From assembly GCA_964469505.1 (NCBI GenBank), contig CAYXZO010000002.1, forward strand, positions 15,923 through 79,922: 64,000 nt of DNA, written 5' to 3'. Source of the stretch: an uncultured Lentisphaeria bacterium. GTDB taxonomy: Bacteria > Fidelibacterota > UBA8477 > JABMPR01. The notes under the pieces are model-generated. The model searched no databases, was not told the DNA's origin, and worked only from the letters and a program-made list of their open reading frames with translations. Positions 28,300-41,362 of this stretch are shown here, piece by piece; position 1 is the first letter of the stretch, and every line of letters starts with the position of its first letter. The translations under genes were made by a program, and so were the position numbers.

Positions 28300-29643
28300 T
28301 TATTCCTTCGATATGATTGCATTGATATACTCTTCGACCCCCATCACTTGGCACCCTTTGATCAAGGCCCCATTGGGAGAAAGATTTACGGCTTTTAACT
28401 CCGGATGGGCAGCTAAAAAAGCTTCAGTAGCTCGCAAATGCTCCACGAAATCAGGACGGGTAGTAAGTCGGCGGCCATCATTGGCTTCAACCTCCAACAG
28501 GTTCAGTTTTCCCGAACCGAGGAGATTGCCCGCTGCCGATTGGGACGCGTGGGTTCGGTCGCCCGGGAAACCTAGATCGACTCCCACCAGTGCCAGATTT
28601 GGAACCTCCAGTCGTATCGCCAATTCCAGGGCAGGATGAAGCACAGAACTCTCCGTAGGCAGGACCGCCTCAGCTTTAAATTCAGGCACTCGCATTTCAT
28701 CCCCAGGCTGATACGCCAGGTAGAGTCTTCTCGGCCAACGGCGTAACAGATCCGGGTGCACCGCCGGATAAGCAACTAGAGCTGTTGCGGGAGGTAACTG
28801 GGCTAAATACTCCGAGGGGAAGTAAGACAAAACCTTCTCAGCAGGGTCCAAACTCAACACTACGTCAGGCTTTAACCCCTGCTGTAAGACGGGTACGAGA
28901 GCAGCGTCCAGTACAATGGAGAAGTAGTGCTCCTGCCAGCCGGTCAAGAGCGGTAAAACAAGGTCTAAGGAGGGGCCGGCACCGAAAATAACTGCGGGGC
29001 GACGAAGGGGCTTAAGGTCGCGGATAAAATCAGCCACTGTGGCGCGGTCCCGATAAAGCTCAGAATGGGCCTGAATCCGGTGGGTTATTTGTTGCTGCAT
29101 CTCAGCCCAGCGGCTATTGAGCCATGCCTGGCGTAGTTGCAGGAAGATCCGGTCCCGCAAAGGGAAATACTCGGCTTCGGCCAATAATACCTCGGCCGGA
29201 ACAATTGTGAACGGCGGCCGGGGTTTCTCATGCTCTGGAACCGCTAGCTCAAGTCGCTCATCACCAAGAATCTCCAGGGGTAATTGTTCCAGGATCGCCC
29301 GCAATAGGGGCAAGTTCAATAAATAGACTTTGATCTTCCGTATGCCGGGACGTTGCAATAAAACGCGGGGCAAGTGCCCACATCCCAAGCCATAAACCAC
29401 CGCTTCGGGGGCCGAATCGGGAATCAACTTGGCCTGGAGCCAAGCTTCTCGAGAAGGATCAAAGCGGCTATGAATCAAAATTTTAGAAGTTTCGGCATAA
29501 GCTTCACCATTGGATGCAGCCCGAACGAACACCTGAGCCGGCTCCGTTTCCTGTATTTGCTCTCCCAACGAGGGGAAACGTTTATTTAATATTTCCAGAT
29601 TGAAATTCCAGGGGCTACCCCATTCACTGGAAATATAAGGCAT
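28300..29643 (-). CDS. Motility-accessory-factor (Maf)/DUF115 (MptE-like) family protein, a putative nonulosonic-acid glycosyltransferase-like enzyme
   Basis: An N-terminal Rossmann-like VVYGLGCGHL segment is followed by the central GxGPSL motif (VIFGAGPSLD) typical of DUF115/Maf proteins. Size is 447 aa. Confidence 0.5.
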   Translation of the reverse strand: MPYISSEWGSPWNFNLEILNKRFPSLGEQIQETEPAQVFVRAASNGEAYAETSKILIHSRFDPSREAWLQAKLIPDSAPEAVVYGLGCGHLPRVLLQRPGIRKIKVYLLNLPLLRAILEQLPLEILGDERLELAVPEHEKPRPPFTIVPAEVLLAEAEYFPLRDRIFLQLRQAWLNSRWAEMQQQITHRIQAHSELYRDRATVADFIRDLKPLRRPAVIFGAGPSLDLVLPLLTGWQEHYFSIVLDAALVPVLQQGLKPDVVLSLDPAEKVLSYFPSEYLAQLPPATALVAYPAVHPDLLRRWPRRLYLAYQPGDEMRVPEFKAEAVLPTESSVLHPALELAIRLEVPNLALVGVDLGFPGDRTHASQSAAGNLLGSGKLNLLEVEANDGRRLTTRPDFVEHLRATEAFLAAHPELKAVNLSPNGALIKGCQVMGVEEYINAIISKE

Positions 29644-30103
29644 AAACTAATGTCTCAATTTCACCTGTATTTGCAAGGTCTCTCAGTCACTTTCTCAAGG
29701 CAGGAGCTCGATTCTCCATAGAAAATATTTTTTGAGCCTTTTCCATTATCTCCTTGCAAATCCCCCCGGGCCCGGTCACATTAGGCCCGCATGCTAAGCT
29801 CCGGACCTACCATTTTATGACTGCCTAATTTTTTACCCATCATTCCATACTGAAGCCCATCAATGCTTAATTCTTCTCCACTCCGTTTTTCTCCCTCAGC
29901 AGATATTAATAACATCAATTTTGAGGGGCCGAATAATGGCTTTAGTCAGCATAGAACCAAGGACGTTGTCAGAGGGTTTTATCCCTTGATAGTCTTAGCT
30001 AGCAATTTTCAATGCCCTTATAGGGTCTCTCGTGCAACGACAGGTGTGCTAGTCGCGCGTGGGAGTTGGTACTAAAATAGCACACGCAGCAAGGAGTTCT
30101 TAA

Positions 30104-30376
30104 ATGAACATTTACGTTGGGAACCTGCCCTTCAGCCTCAATGAAGATGAGCTGAAAAACCTATTCGCCCAGTACGGTGAAGTGGTCAGCGCTAAAGTAA
30201 TGACCGATAAGTTCACCGGACGTTCCCGGGGATTCGGGTTCGTCGAAATGAGCAACCAGGAGGCGGGACAAAGCGCAATCCAGGCCCTTAACGGCATGGA
30301 GGTCAAAGGCCGGGCCCTACGGGTCGATGTAGCCCGGGAACGGCAGCAGCGTTCCTACGGCTCTAAAGCCTACTAA
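30104..30376 (+). CDS. RRM-type RNA-binding protein (RNP-1/RNP-2)
   Basis: RNP-2 IYVGNL and RNP-1 RGFGFVEM; 90 aa; AGGAG RBS. Confidence 0.9.
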   Translation: MNIYVGNLPFSLNEDELKNLFAQYGEVVSAKVMTDKFTGRSRGFGFVEMSNQEAGQSAIQALNGMEVKGRALRVDVARERQQRSYGSKAY

Positions 30377-30385
30377 GTCCAGTAA

Positions 30386-30420
30386 GGGGCCGCTCACAAC
30401 ATGAGCGGCCCCATTTACTA
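30386..30420 (+). terminator. Intrinsic terminator downstream of the RRM gene
   Basis: GGGGCCGCTCA-caaca-TGAGCGGCCCC is an 11-bp stem. It is followed by ATTTACTAT, a weak U-tract. Confidence 0.6.
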
Positions 30421-30633
30421 TCGCCGGTAGCTCACTCAAGCTGCCTTAAATCCCTCTTCTAAACTTTTTCTGCCACTCCTGTTACTCGCAGGGTTAAATC
30501 TGGTTTAACCTGACCGACGAATTGGGCAGGTTAAAAGACAATCTTTTTTTATCACCATTAGATATCTTTAGAACCGAAAATGTTTTATGTAGCTAGGCAA
30601 ATAATTCCAGTAACTAAGGAGTAGAGCCAAAGT

Positions 30634-31041
30634 ATGCCTCCCATAACCCGTCGCTTCATAAAAGTGGCCTTTATTTATTTTCTGGTCGCCCTGACTCTAA
30701 AAGGCATTCAAAGCTTTACCCATGGCCAGTTCCTTTGCCTGGGGGCTGTGGTTTATTACCACCTGCTGCTGGTGGGTTGGATCACCCAACTGATTTTCGG
30801 AATCGTCTACTGGATGTTTCCTAAAGCCAGCGTCTCCCATCCCCGGGGACCAGAGGCTGTCTGGGAGGCGATTTTTTGGCTGATTAATATCGGCTTACTA
30901 CTGCGGATAATCGGAGAACCGTGGCAGCAGTGCAATCCGGGCTGGCTTAGTGCTCTCCTGCTAATGATTTCCAGCCTAACCCAGTGGGCTTCAGGAATGC
31001 TGTTTGTAGGGATTAACTGGCGCCGGGTAAGAGGCAAATGA
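30634..31041 (+). CDS. 4-TM integral membrane protein, paralogue A of a tandem pair
   Basis: Hydrophobic helices; motif HLLLVGWITQLIFGIVYWMFPK. It overlaps the next gene in an ATGA arrangement. Confidence 0.6.
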   Translation: MPPITRRFIKVAFIYFLVALTLKGIQSFTHGQFLCLGAVVYYHLLLVGWITQLIFGIVYWMFPKASVSHPRGPEAVWEAIFWLINIGLLLRIIGEPWQQCNPGWLSALLLMISSLTQWASGMLFVGINWRRVRGK

Positions 31042-31463
31042 ACATACCCCCCCTCAGCCGCTGGATGATAAAATCGGCCTTTGTTTCACTGGTTTTGGGC
31101 TTCACCCTCGGCGCTTTGGTGCTGAGCGTCAAGGGTTGGCCCTGGTGGCCTACTGCCTGGCGGTTACGGACAGTTCATATCGAACTTATGCTTTACGGCT
31201 GGCTGATACAGTTCATCATGGGAGTGGGATATTGGATTTTCCCTCGCTTTAAAGGTGAACGGGGGCGTCCTATTCTGGCCTGGAGTTCTTATGTATCACT
31301 GAACGTGGGCGTAATTCTGGTTCTGGGCACCCCTTTTACCACTGACTCTCACACATCTGAGCGACTATTGGCATACGCCCACGTACTTTTTGTGATCGCG
31401 GTAGCCAGCTTCATTCTGCACGCCTGGCCGCGTATCAAACCTTTTCGGCAACCTGGTACGTAG
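31038..31463 (+). CDS. 4-TM integral membrane protein, paralogue B of a tandem pair
   Basis: Motif HIELMLYGWLIQFIMGVGYWIFPRF is shared with paralogue A. Confidence 0.6.
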   Translation: MNIPPLSRWMIKSAFVSLVLGFTLGALVLSVKGWPWWPTAWRLRTVHIELMLYGWLIQFIMGVGYWIFPRFKGERGRPILAWSSYVSLNVGVILVLGTPFTTDSHTSERLLAYAHVLFVIAVASFILHAWPRIKPFRQPGT

Positions 31464-31554
31464 CTAAAAAAAGAACAACAAGGACCGGCCGGGACAATAT
31501 CCCGCTCAGTATATCCTTACGCTATTGCGGTATGTTGGCGATAAATAGAAATCC

Positions 31555-31594
31555 TTACCGCGGGTGAGACCAGTTATGGCTCCACCCGCGGTAA
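31555..31594. terminator. Stem-loop between convergent genes, possibly a bidirectional terminator
   Basis: TTACCGCGGGTG...CACCCGCGGTAA is a 12-bp stem with a 16-nt loop. The U-tracts are poor. Confidence 0.4.
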
Positions 31595-31605
31595 GTACAG
31601 GGAAG

Positions 31606-32124
31606 CTACTCGCCTAACTGATCAAACTCAGCTTTAAGCAAGTCGTAGGTTTCCAGTAACCCTTGGACTAAAACCTTGGCGTGACCGGTTATGGGCATGA
31701 AATTAGTGTCACCGGCCCAGCGGGGCACCAGATGGAAATGGATATGATCTTCAATGCCGGCCCCGGCTATCTCCCCCTGATTCAACCCCACGTTGAAACC
31801 CTGCGGCGACATCGTCCGACGGAGAATTTTCATACTGGTCTGCATCAGTTGCATCATTTCGGTCAGGGTTTCCGGCGGAACTTCTTCTAGGCTGGCCGTG
31901 TGTTGATAGGGCGCAATCATTAGATGACCGTTGTTGTACGGGTAAAGATTCATGAACACTGCACTTAAGCGTCCGCGGTAGAGCAGTAGATTCTCCCGAT
32001 CCTTCCGTTCCGCAGGCTTATCACAAAAAATGCAGCCTTCATCGGCACCCTGCTGTTTGGCCCGAATGTATTCCATCCGCCACGGAGCCCATAGGCGTTC
32101 CAGGGTTTTGCCGTCAGAGGCCAC
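31606..32124 (-). CDS. HIT-family nucleotide hydrolase/transferase
   Basis: Histidine triad HIHFHLVPRW and an N-terminal CIFC zinc-like motif. Confidence 0.8.
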   Translation of the reverse strand: MASDGKTLERLWAPWRMEYIRAKQQGADEGCIFCDKPAERKDRENLLLYRGRLSAVFMNLYPYNNGHLMIAPYQHTASLEEVPPETLTEMMQLMQTSMKILRRTMSPQGFNVGLNQGEIAGAGIEDHIHFHLVPRWAGDTNFMPITGHAKVLVQGLLETYDLLKAEFDQLGE

Positions 32125-32131
32125 GGACCGC

Positions 32132-34201
32132 TTAGTCCTTCTCTTTCTCCGCTTGGGCGGCGGCGATTACCTTGGCCTCCTCATCATGGGGCATCTGTTC
32201 GTAATGGGAGAATTTCTGCCGGTGCGAGGCTCTACCCTGGGTTAGTGAACGTAAGGCGGAGGAGTATTTATACAGATTCGCCTGGGGGACTTTAGCTCGG
32301 ATTATTTGGAAACGTCCCTGAGCTTCCATCCCTTCAATACGTCCCCGGCGGGCCGTCAGGTCACCCATAACATCTCCCATGAACTCTTCAGGCACCTTGA
32401 TCTCAACCTCATAGATGGGTTCCAACAGGCAGGGTTTGGCCGCTTTACAAGCTTCCAGAAAAGCTCCACGCCCCGCAATCTGGAAGGCGATGTCTTTGGA
32501 ATCCACCGGGTGTTGTTTACCGTCGTAAAACACGGCCTTTACATCCACGATGGGATAACCGGCTAAAACGCCTTCTTTGGCAGCAGCTTGGACTCCTTTC
32601 TCCACGGAGGGCACAAACACCCGGTCCACGTTCTGACCCACCAGGGTTTGCTCGAACTGCAGGCCGGAACCGCGGGGTAAAGGCTCCACCGTCATCCAAA
32701 CTTCCGCAAATTGCCCGGCTCCGCCAGTCTGTTTTTTATGGCGGAACTTGGAATCACCCTTGGTCTGAATAGTTTCCCGATAGGGAATCTTGGGTTCCAC
32801 CATCTCCACATCGACCTTAAAGCGTTCTTTGAGCCGTTCGAAGGCAATCAGAAGCTGTAATTCGCCCTGACCGCTGATAATGGTCTGATGGAGATCTGGA
32901 TCCACCTCGTAGAAAAAGGTGGGGTCTTCCTCGTGAATTAGATTCAAGCCGGTGGTGATCTTGTCTTCCTCACCCTTCACCTTGGAAACAATTGCTGCCT
33001 GAATGTTGGGTGGAGGAAATTCGATAGGTTTAAGGATCACTGGATTTTTAGGATCAGAGAGGGTGTCACCGGTATGGGTATCCTTCAGTTTTACCGTAGC
33101 TCCGATATCACCGGCGTTAATGGCGTGAATTTCATTGCGGTCGTGGCCACTGACACTGTAAACATGGCCGATTCGCTCAGTGATATTGCGCCCTTTATTA
33201 ACCAGATCCATGCCCGAAGAAACCTTACCCGCATAGGTGCGGAAAAAACTCAGTTCGCCCACATGGGCTTCGCTGGTGGTCTTAAAAACAAAAGCCACGG
33301 TGGGGGCATCTTCACCGGTGGGAATGGGATTGCCCTCGCTATCGGTTAGGCCCGGCATATCCGCCGGAGAGGGGAAGTATTTGGCGATGATCTCCATGAG
33401 GCGCCGCACCCCCACCAGTACCGGAGCTGCACCTGCAAAAACGGGAAAGATGTCCTTGCGGGCAATGGCAGTCCGTAGGCCGGTCCTCAAATCCTCCGCC
33501 GAAAGCTCCCCATCCTCGAAATATTTCTCCATCAGGGTTTCGTCAGACTCCGCCACCTGTTCTTGTAACTCGGTATACCAATGTTCAACTTCATCGGCTA
33601 GGTTGGCGGGAACTTCCTCCTCAGTATAGGTGCCCTTTTGGGTGTCAAACACCAACAACTTCCGCCGCAAAACATCCACCAGTTTGTGAAAACCGATTCC
33701 CTCCTCCACAGGGATCTGTAAAGCAGTTACATGATTTCCGAACTGATCCCGAAGTTGCTGAAAACTTTTCTTGAAGTCGCAGTGCTCCTTGTCCAACTGG
33801 TTGATGAAAAAAGCCCGAGGAATGTCGTGCCCCGCGGAAAAGTCCCACATTACCTCGGTGCCCATTTCAGGACCGTGCAATCCGTTCACCACCAGCAATC
33901 CCACATCGGCCACCCGCAATCCGCTCAGGGCTTCTCCCACGAAATCGGCATACCCGGGAGTATCAATCAGATTGATTTTCACCCCCTCAAATTCCATCTG
34001 GAGCACAGCGGCACTGATGGAATGCTGGCGCTCAATCTCTTTGCGCCGGTAATCGGAATGGGTGGTTCCCTCAGCAATGGTGCCTAGACGATTTGTGCCC
34101 CCAGCGGTGTAAAACATTGCCTCAGACAGCATGGTCTTACCGCTGGAGGCATGTCCCACTAAGGCAATATTCCGGATATCGGTCTGATGATACTCCTTCA
34201 T
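32132..34201 (-). CDS. fusA: Elongation factor G family GTPase
   Basis: G1 VGHASSGKT, G3 DTPGYADF, and EF-G domains IV and V. The gene stands alone, not in the str operon, so it may be an EF-G paralogue. Confidence 0.85.
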   Translation of the reverse strand: MKEYHQTDIRNIALVGHASSGKTMLSEAMFYTAGGTNRLGTIAEGTTHSDYRRKEIERQHSISAAVLQMEFEGVKINLIDTPGYADFVGEALSGLRVADVGLLVVNGLHGPEMGTEVMWDFSAGHDIPRAFFINQLDKEHCDFKKSFQQLRDQFGNHVTALQIPVEEGIGFHKLVDVLRRKLLVFDTQKGTYTEEEVPANLADEVEHWYTELQEQVAESDETLMEKYFEDGELSAEDLRTGLRTAIARKDIFPVFAGAAPVLVGVRRLMEIIAKYFPSPADMPGLTDSEGNPIPTGEDAPTVAFVFKTTSEAHVGELSFFRTYAGKVSSGMDLVNKGRNITERIGHVYSVSGHDRNEIHAINAGDIGATVKLKDTHTGDTLSDPKNPVILKPIEFPPPNIQAAIVSKVKGEEDKITTGLNLIHEEDPTFFYEVDPDLHQTIISGQGELQLLIAFERLKERFKVDVEMVEPKIPYRETIQTKGDSKFRHKKQTGGAGQFAEVWMTVEPLPRGSGLQFEQTLVGQNVDRVFVPSVEKGVQAAAKEGVLAGYPIVDVKAVFYDGKQHPVDSKDIAFQIAGRGAFLEACKAAKPCLLEPIYEVEIKVPEEFMGDVMGDLTARRGRIEGMEAQGRFQIIRAKVPQANLYKYSSALRSLTQGRASHRQKFSHYEQMPHDEEAKVIAAAQAEKEKD

Positions 34202-34412
34202 TGAAAATTCTCCTTAGTTTCTAACGTATTTGGTGGCTGATTGATGATTAAGAATATGAGGTTGAAAACTGTGTTGCCTGTGCCCATCAAAGTCCCGAAA
34301 TATACATGGCGACCCCCATGTGGTCAGCAAATTTTACACCCTTTTGGAACGTGAATCTTTAGCTTTTGAAAAGCTGAAACTGATTTCCAGCGGATAGCTT
34401 CAACAAATGAAA

Positions 34413-34903
34413 CTATTTGATATCCACCAGGGGAGTCCCCTTCTCCACTGTTTGACCTTCTTGAACGTGAATCGCGGCAATGATGCCATCGCAGGGGGCT
34501 TTTATTTCGTTCTCCATTTTCATGGCTTCCATAATGAGCAACGGCTCTCCCTGCTGAATTTTATCCCCAACCTGATGTTTGAGCTTGATTATCAAGCCTG
34601 GAATCTGGGCTACCACTTTGCCGGTCTGTTTATTCTTCAGGCGATCCCACCCCAATTCTTTCAACATCAACTGGAGATCATCTTCCACTTTTAGCTGAAA
34701 AACCTTACCGGTGGTTGTAAAAGAATTCTGACCTTCCCGGGTCAGCAGCAGGGAGTGCCCTCCTAGACGCAAACTGAAGACGTTCGGGGATAATACAGCC
34801 ACATCCACTTCCAATTCCCGGTCACCATTAACCATTATCCAGTGATCATTTACCTGCTTCAGCTCCAGCTCAGTTTGAAAAGAGCCGTTGGTTATTTTGA
34901 ATC

Positions 34904-34907
<4 letters not shown>
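34413..34907 (-). CDS. accB: Biotin carboxyl carrier protein (biotinyl domain)
   Basis: A C-terminal EAMKMENEI biotinylation motif sits inside a hybrid-barrel domain. The likely TTG start at 34907 is preceded by GGAAAGGAGA and overlaps the accC stop; the ORF track's GTG start at 34940 would overlap accC by 37 nt. Confidence 0.75.
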
Positions 34908-38466
<3,559 letters not shown>

Positions 38467-38468
38467 CT

Positions 38469-38497
38469 AAAATAAAAAACGCCCCGCGAGGGGGCGC
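38469..38497 (-). terminator. Rho-independent terminator downstream of the small Lys-rich gene
   Basis: On the minus strand, a CGCCCC-cucgc-GGGGCG hairpin is followed by TTTTTTATTTT. Confidence 0.7.
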
Positions 38498-38512
38498 CGT
38501 CTAACGTCTCGT

Positions 38513-38710
38513 TCAGGAATTCAAAAGTTCGGGCAATTTCTCCTTGACGTATTCAGCGTAATCCTTGCTTTCGGGAACCGACAACATACCTTCTTTAAAA
38601 CGAATTCCAGTACCATCTTTTTTCATAATCGGCAGGATATACTTAACCATCTTTTTGTGGGTTTTTATCTTGCCCTTAACCTTGTCTCCGAACGCTTGTG
38701 CTTTGGCCAT
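38513..38710 (-). CDS. Small Lys-rich hypothetical protein (65 aa)
   Basis: Compact ORF with its own terminator. The sequence MAKAQAFGDKVKGKIKTHKK... is basic; no motif recognised. Confidence 0.45.
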   Translation of the reverse strand: MAKAQAFGDKVKGKIKTHKKMVKYILPIMKKDGTGIRFKEGMLSVPESKDYAEYVKEKLPELLNS

Positions 38711-38773
38711 GCCTTAACCTCCTTCGTAAGCGGCGCGTAAGGTAATCGCCACCCCCGCTACCGCCAAGTAAAT

Positions 38774-39307
38774 TTACTTTGCTTGGGGAGCTAGAGCTTG
38801 AATATCTCTCTCGAACACCTCAAGGCTTTGGTAACCCACATATTTACGACGGATCTTGAAATCGGGATCGATGACGAACGTGGTGGGAATACCTGTGATT
38901 CCGCCATAGGCCTGAACCACCCGGCCATCAGCGTAAGCAATGGGATAGTTGATACCGTACTTCCTAGCAAAGGGTTCCACAGCCGCAGGACCGTTCTGAT
39001 CAACCGATACGCCGATGATTTGCAACCGATCGCCATACTTCTCTTGCAGCTTAATAAAACCGGGAATTTCAGCCCGACAAGGGGGACACCAAGTCGCCCA
39101 GAAATCCAGAATTATCACTTTCCCTTTATAATCAGATAAGCGCACGGTAGTTTTTCCAATCCCGGGGAGAGTAAAATCTGGAGCTTTACTCTGGGAACCA
39201 TCAGTACTGGTCCCAAACAAAAATGCACCAAAACCGATAAGCAATACCACAAAGCCAATAAAGAAGTACTGATTACGTTTCATTTTATTTCCTTTCTTTG
39301 ACATCAT
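38774..39307 (-). CDS. TlpA/ResA-like thiol-disulfide oxidoreductase (thioredoxin fold), membrane-anchored
   Basis: WCPPC active site inside a thioredoxin fold (DFWATWCPPCRAEIP). N-terminal TM anchor. The start may be the internal ATG at 39283. Confidence 0.85.
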   Translation of the reverse strand: MMSKKGNKMKRNQYFFIGFVVLLIGFGAFLFGTSTDGSQSKAPDFTLPGIGKTTVRLSDYKGKVIILDFWATWCPPCRAEIPGFIKLQEKYGDRLQIIGVSVDQNGPAAVEPFARKYGINYPIAYADGRVVQAYGGITGIPTTFVIDPDFKIRRKYVGYQSLEVFERDIQALAPQAK

Positions 39308-39448
39308 TTCTTTGACGAAAATGGGATCACCGTGTTACGTCACCAAGTAAAAAATTATTATCCGTCGGATTCCCGACGTTATTTGACCGTGCATACTAAA
39401 CTTATATATCTTAAAATTCTTGCTAGAACTGGCGACTGAAAGTGGGGT

Positions 39449-39476
39449 TTCAAGTTCCCTTGGACTTGGGTATAAT
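39449..39476 (+). promoter_or_regulatory. Candidate σ70-type promoter for the 39640-44048 cluster
   Basis: TTCAAG, a 16-nt spacer, then a perfect TATAAT at 39471-39476. This implies a 5′ leader of about 160 nt. Confidence 0.35.
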
Positions 39477-39639
39477 TGTCTTGTTCAGCTGATAATTCTG
39501 GCAGAAACTAGTGATTGGGAATTGTATCAGGTAGGTAATGAGATGAACCTGGGACCAAAAAGGAGGGAGGATGGGACTAATTGGCTATCCAATGCAACTT
39601 ACGATAAAGTTTATTTTTAAGAGAATTTAGCAGGGACTT

Positions 39640-41304
39640 ATGAAGATCAGACTAATCATTCTACTCTTATGCTTAGGAATCGTCCAGGCTTTGGGCGGGG
39701 AAGGCAAGTACACTCGTAAATCCATAACCTTCATCAACACTGTGTACCTGGCCGGTCCACAAGCTCGCAAACTGACTCCAGAACAGACCGAATACTTACT
39801 CCAGACCATCAAGCAACGTTTGAGTTTACCACGCTTCGACGAGAATCCATTACCACCGGACAGTAAATTGATGTACGACTTCATCCAGCAGGCCAACAAC
39901 CGAGATTCCCTCGCACTAGATGATATTGCCGAGCTACTGAATACGACCTTCGTACCCAAAATTGCTGCCATTATAGACGAATATGCTGAGAAACGCGCTT
40001 CCGAATTAGTCGATGAGACTTCCAGGGCTGCTTTCATTGCAACCAAGGCCAAGGAGTTGGGCATAACGGCTGAGAATCTGGAGCAGATCTACAATTCGGC
40101 TTATATCTACTTACCGTACCTCAACGGCGTCAAACGCTACATATCCTACAATAGTAGTAATGAAAAAAAGTCTACCGTCAACTATTCACTGGAAGGCGGG
40201 ATTATATGGTTCAAAATCGACTTCGAAAACAATCGCACCAGAGTCAGATCAATCATAAAATCTAAAACAACCAGTATGGGTATGGCCCTGACGGAAAAAC
40301 ACTTTCTGAGTGAGGGGCAATATGTGGGTGCCGAGACTTTTGCCTACCGTAGTGCTGTTCGAAATTTTGCTCGTAATCTGGAAATAATTACCCGTTCATA
40401 TCCCGCCTTTACCCTCTCCATACCCATCGCTGAAGTAGAGGGTGCCACAGTACGCTTCTCGCTGGGAAGCAAAGAAGGATTGCATGTGGATGATAAATTC
40501 ATCGTCGGCGAGCTAATGGAGGACGACACCGGGGGAGTCACCTTCGAATCACAAGGTTTCATTCGAGTTACTCAGGTGGCAAATAACAAAACTGACCGTG
40601 AAGCCCTTTCAGTAGGACAAGGTGTCATTGTACAAGATTGGGCGCCCGGTATGCTCCTTAACGAACACCCACGTTTGCCGTTAGAACTCTACTTTATAGC
40701 GGGCTCATTCCCCTACCGATTGACCCAACCTGACTACGCTTCAAACATTCCTGTAACTAACTTATCCTCATCGGTGGAGCTAGGAATAGGTGTATCTTAT
40801 GATCTAGGACGTTGGTTAAGCATTCCTCAATTATTGACATTGCTTGAATTCCAGGTTGGTTCCGCTTCTGCCACTATCGAAAACTGGTACGCCAGCGATA
40901 CGCGGGACACGTTCATTTTCGGGTTCGGTGTGGGCCTGAGCAAACGCACGCAATTCCGCCGATTTGCAGCCGTTGGGCAGGTCTTGCTGGGGGGACGCTC
41001 AATTACCATCAATGATGTTCCGGCTATCAGTGACAGTGATACTCTCAACATAATAGCATCCGCTTTCGTACTGGGGCTTGGTCTTGATTATGCCCTGGAT
41101 ATTGACTGGACTGTCGGCCTTCATTACCGCCTGACATTTGGATCCAACGATGTGTGGACTGTCACAAATTCAGAAGGCTCAGCAGACTATGACGGGCCCG
41201 AATTGAAAATTAGTGGGGGGGCCTGGCTTTTGGAAATAAGCTGGAATCCACCTACCCTTGGTATCGACCCCCTAGATGCAATTCGAGGATTAGCTGGAAT
41301 CTAA
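39640..41304 (+). CDS. Secreted hypothetical protein; the C-terminal half may be a β-barrel
   Basis: Signal peptide MKIRLIILLLCLGIVQALG. The C-terminal 250 aa are Gly/aromatic-rich with alternating hydrophobic strands (GIGVSYDLG, FIFGFGVGLS, LGLGLDYALD). Confidence 0.55.
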   Translation: MKIRLIILLLCLGIVQALGGEGKYTRKSITFINTVYLAGPQARKLTPEQTEYLLQTIKQRLSLPRFDENPLPPDSKLMYDFIQQANNRDSLALDDIAELLNTTFVPKIAAIIDEYAEKRASELVDETSRAAFIATKAKELGITAENLEQIYNSAYIYLPYLNGVKRYISYNSSNEKKSTVNYSLEGGIIWFKIDFENNRTRVRSIIKSKTTSMGMALTEKHFLSEGQYVGAETFAYRSAVRNFARNLEIITRSYPAFTLSIPIAEVEGATVRFSLGSKEGLHVDDKFIVGELMEDDTGGVTFESQGFIRVTQVANNKTDREALSVGQGVIVQDWAPGMLLNEHPRLPLELYFIAGSFPYRLTQPDYASNIPVTNLSSSVELGIGVSYDLGRWLSIPQLLTLLEFQVGSASATIENWYASDTRDTFIFGFGVGLSKRTQFRRFAAVGQVLLGGRSITINDVPAISDSDTLNIIASAFVLGLGLDYALDIDWTVGLHYRLTFGSNDVWTVTNSEGSADYDGPELKISGGAWLLEISWNPPTLGIDPLDAIRGLAGI

Positions 41305-41362
41305 ACTCTCTTCTCGTAGAATAATGAAGTATTCAACAAATAAAAATAGAGGATGTGATGAT

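Noticed and set aside
39420-39620. 66-aa ORF in the tlpA/secreted-cluster divergent intergenic region
   Set aside because: It lies within a promoter/leader region (the TTCAAG-N16-TATAAT element overlaps it). It has no RBS and no sensible protein features.
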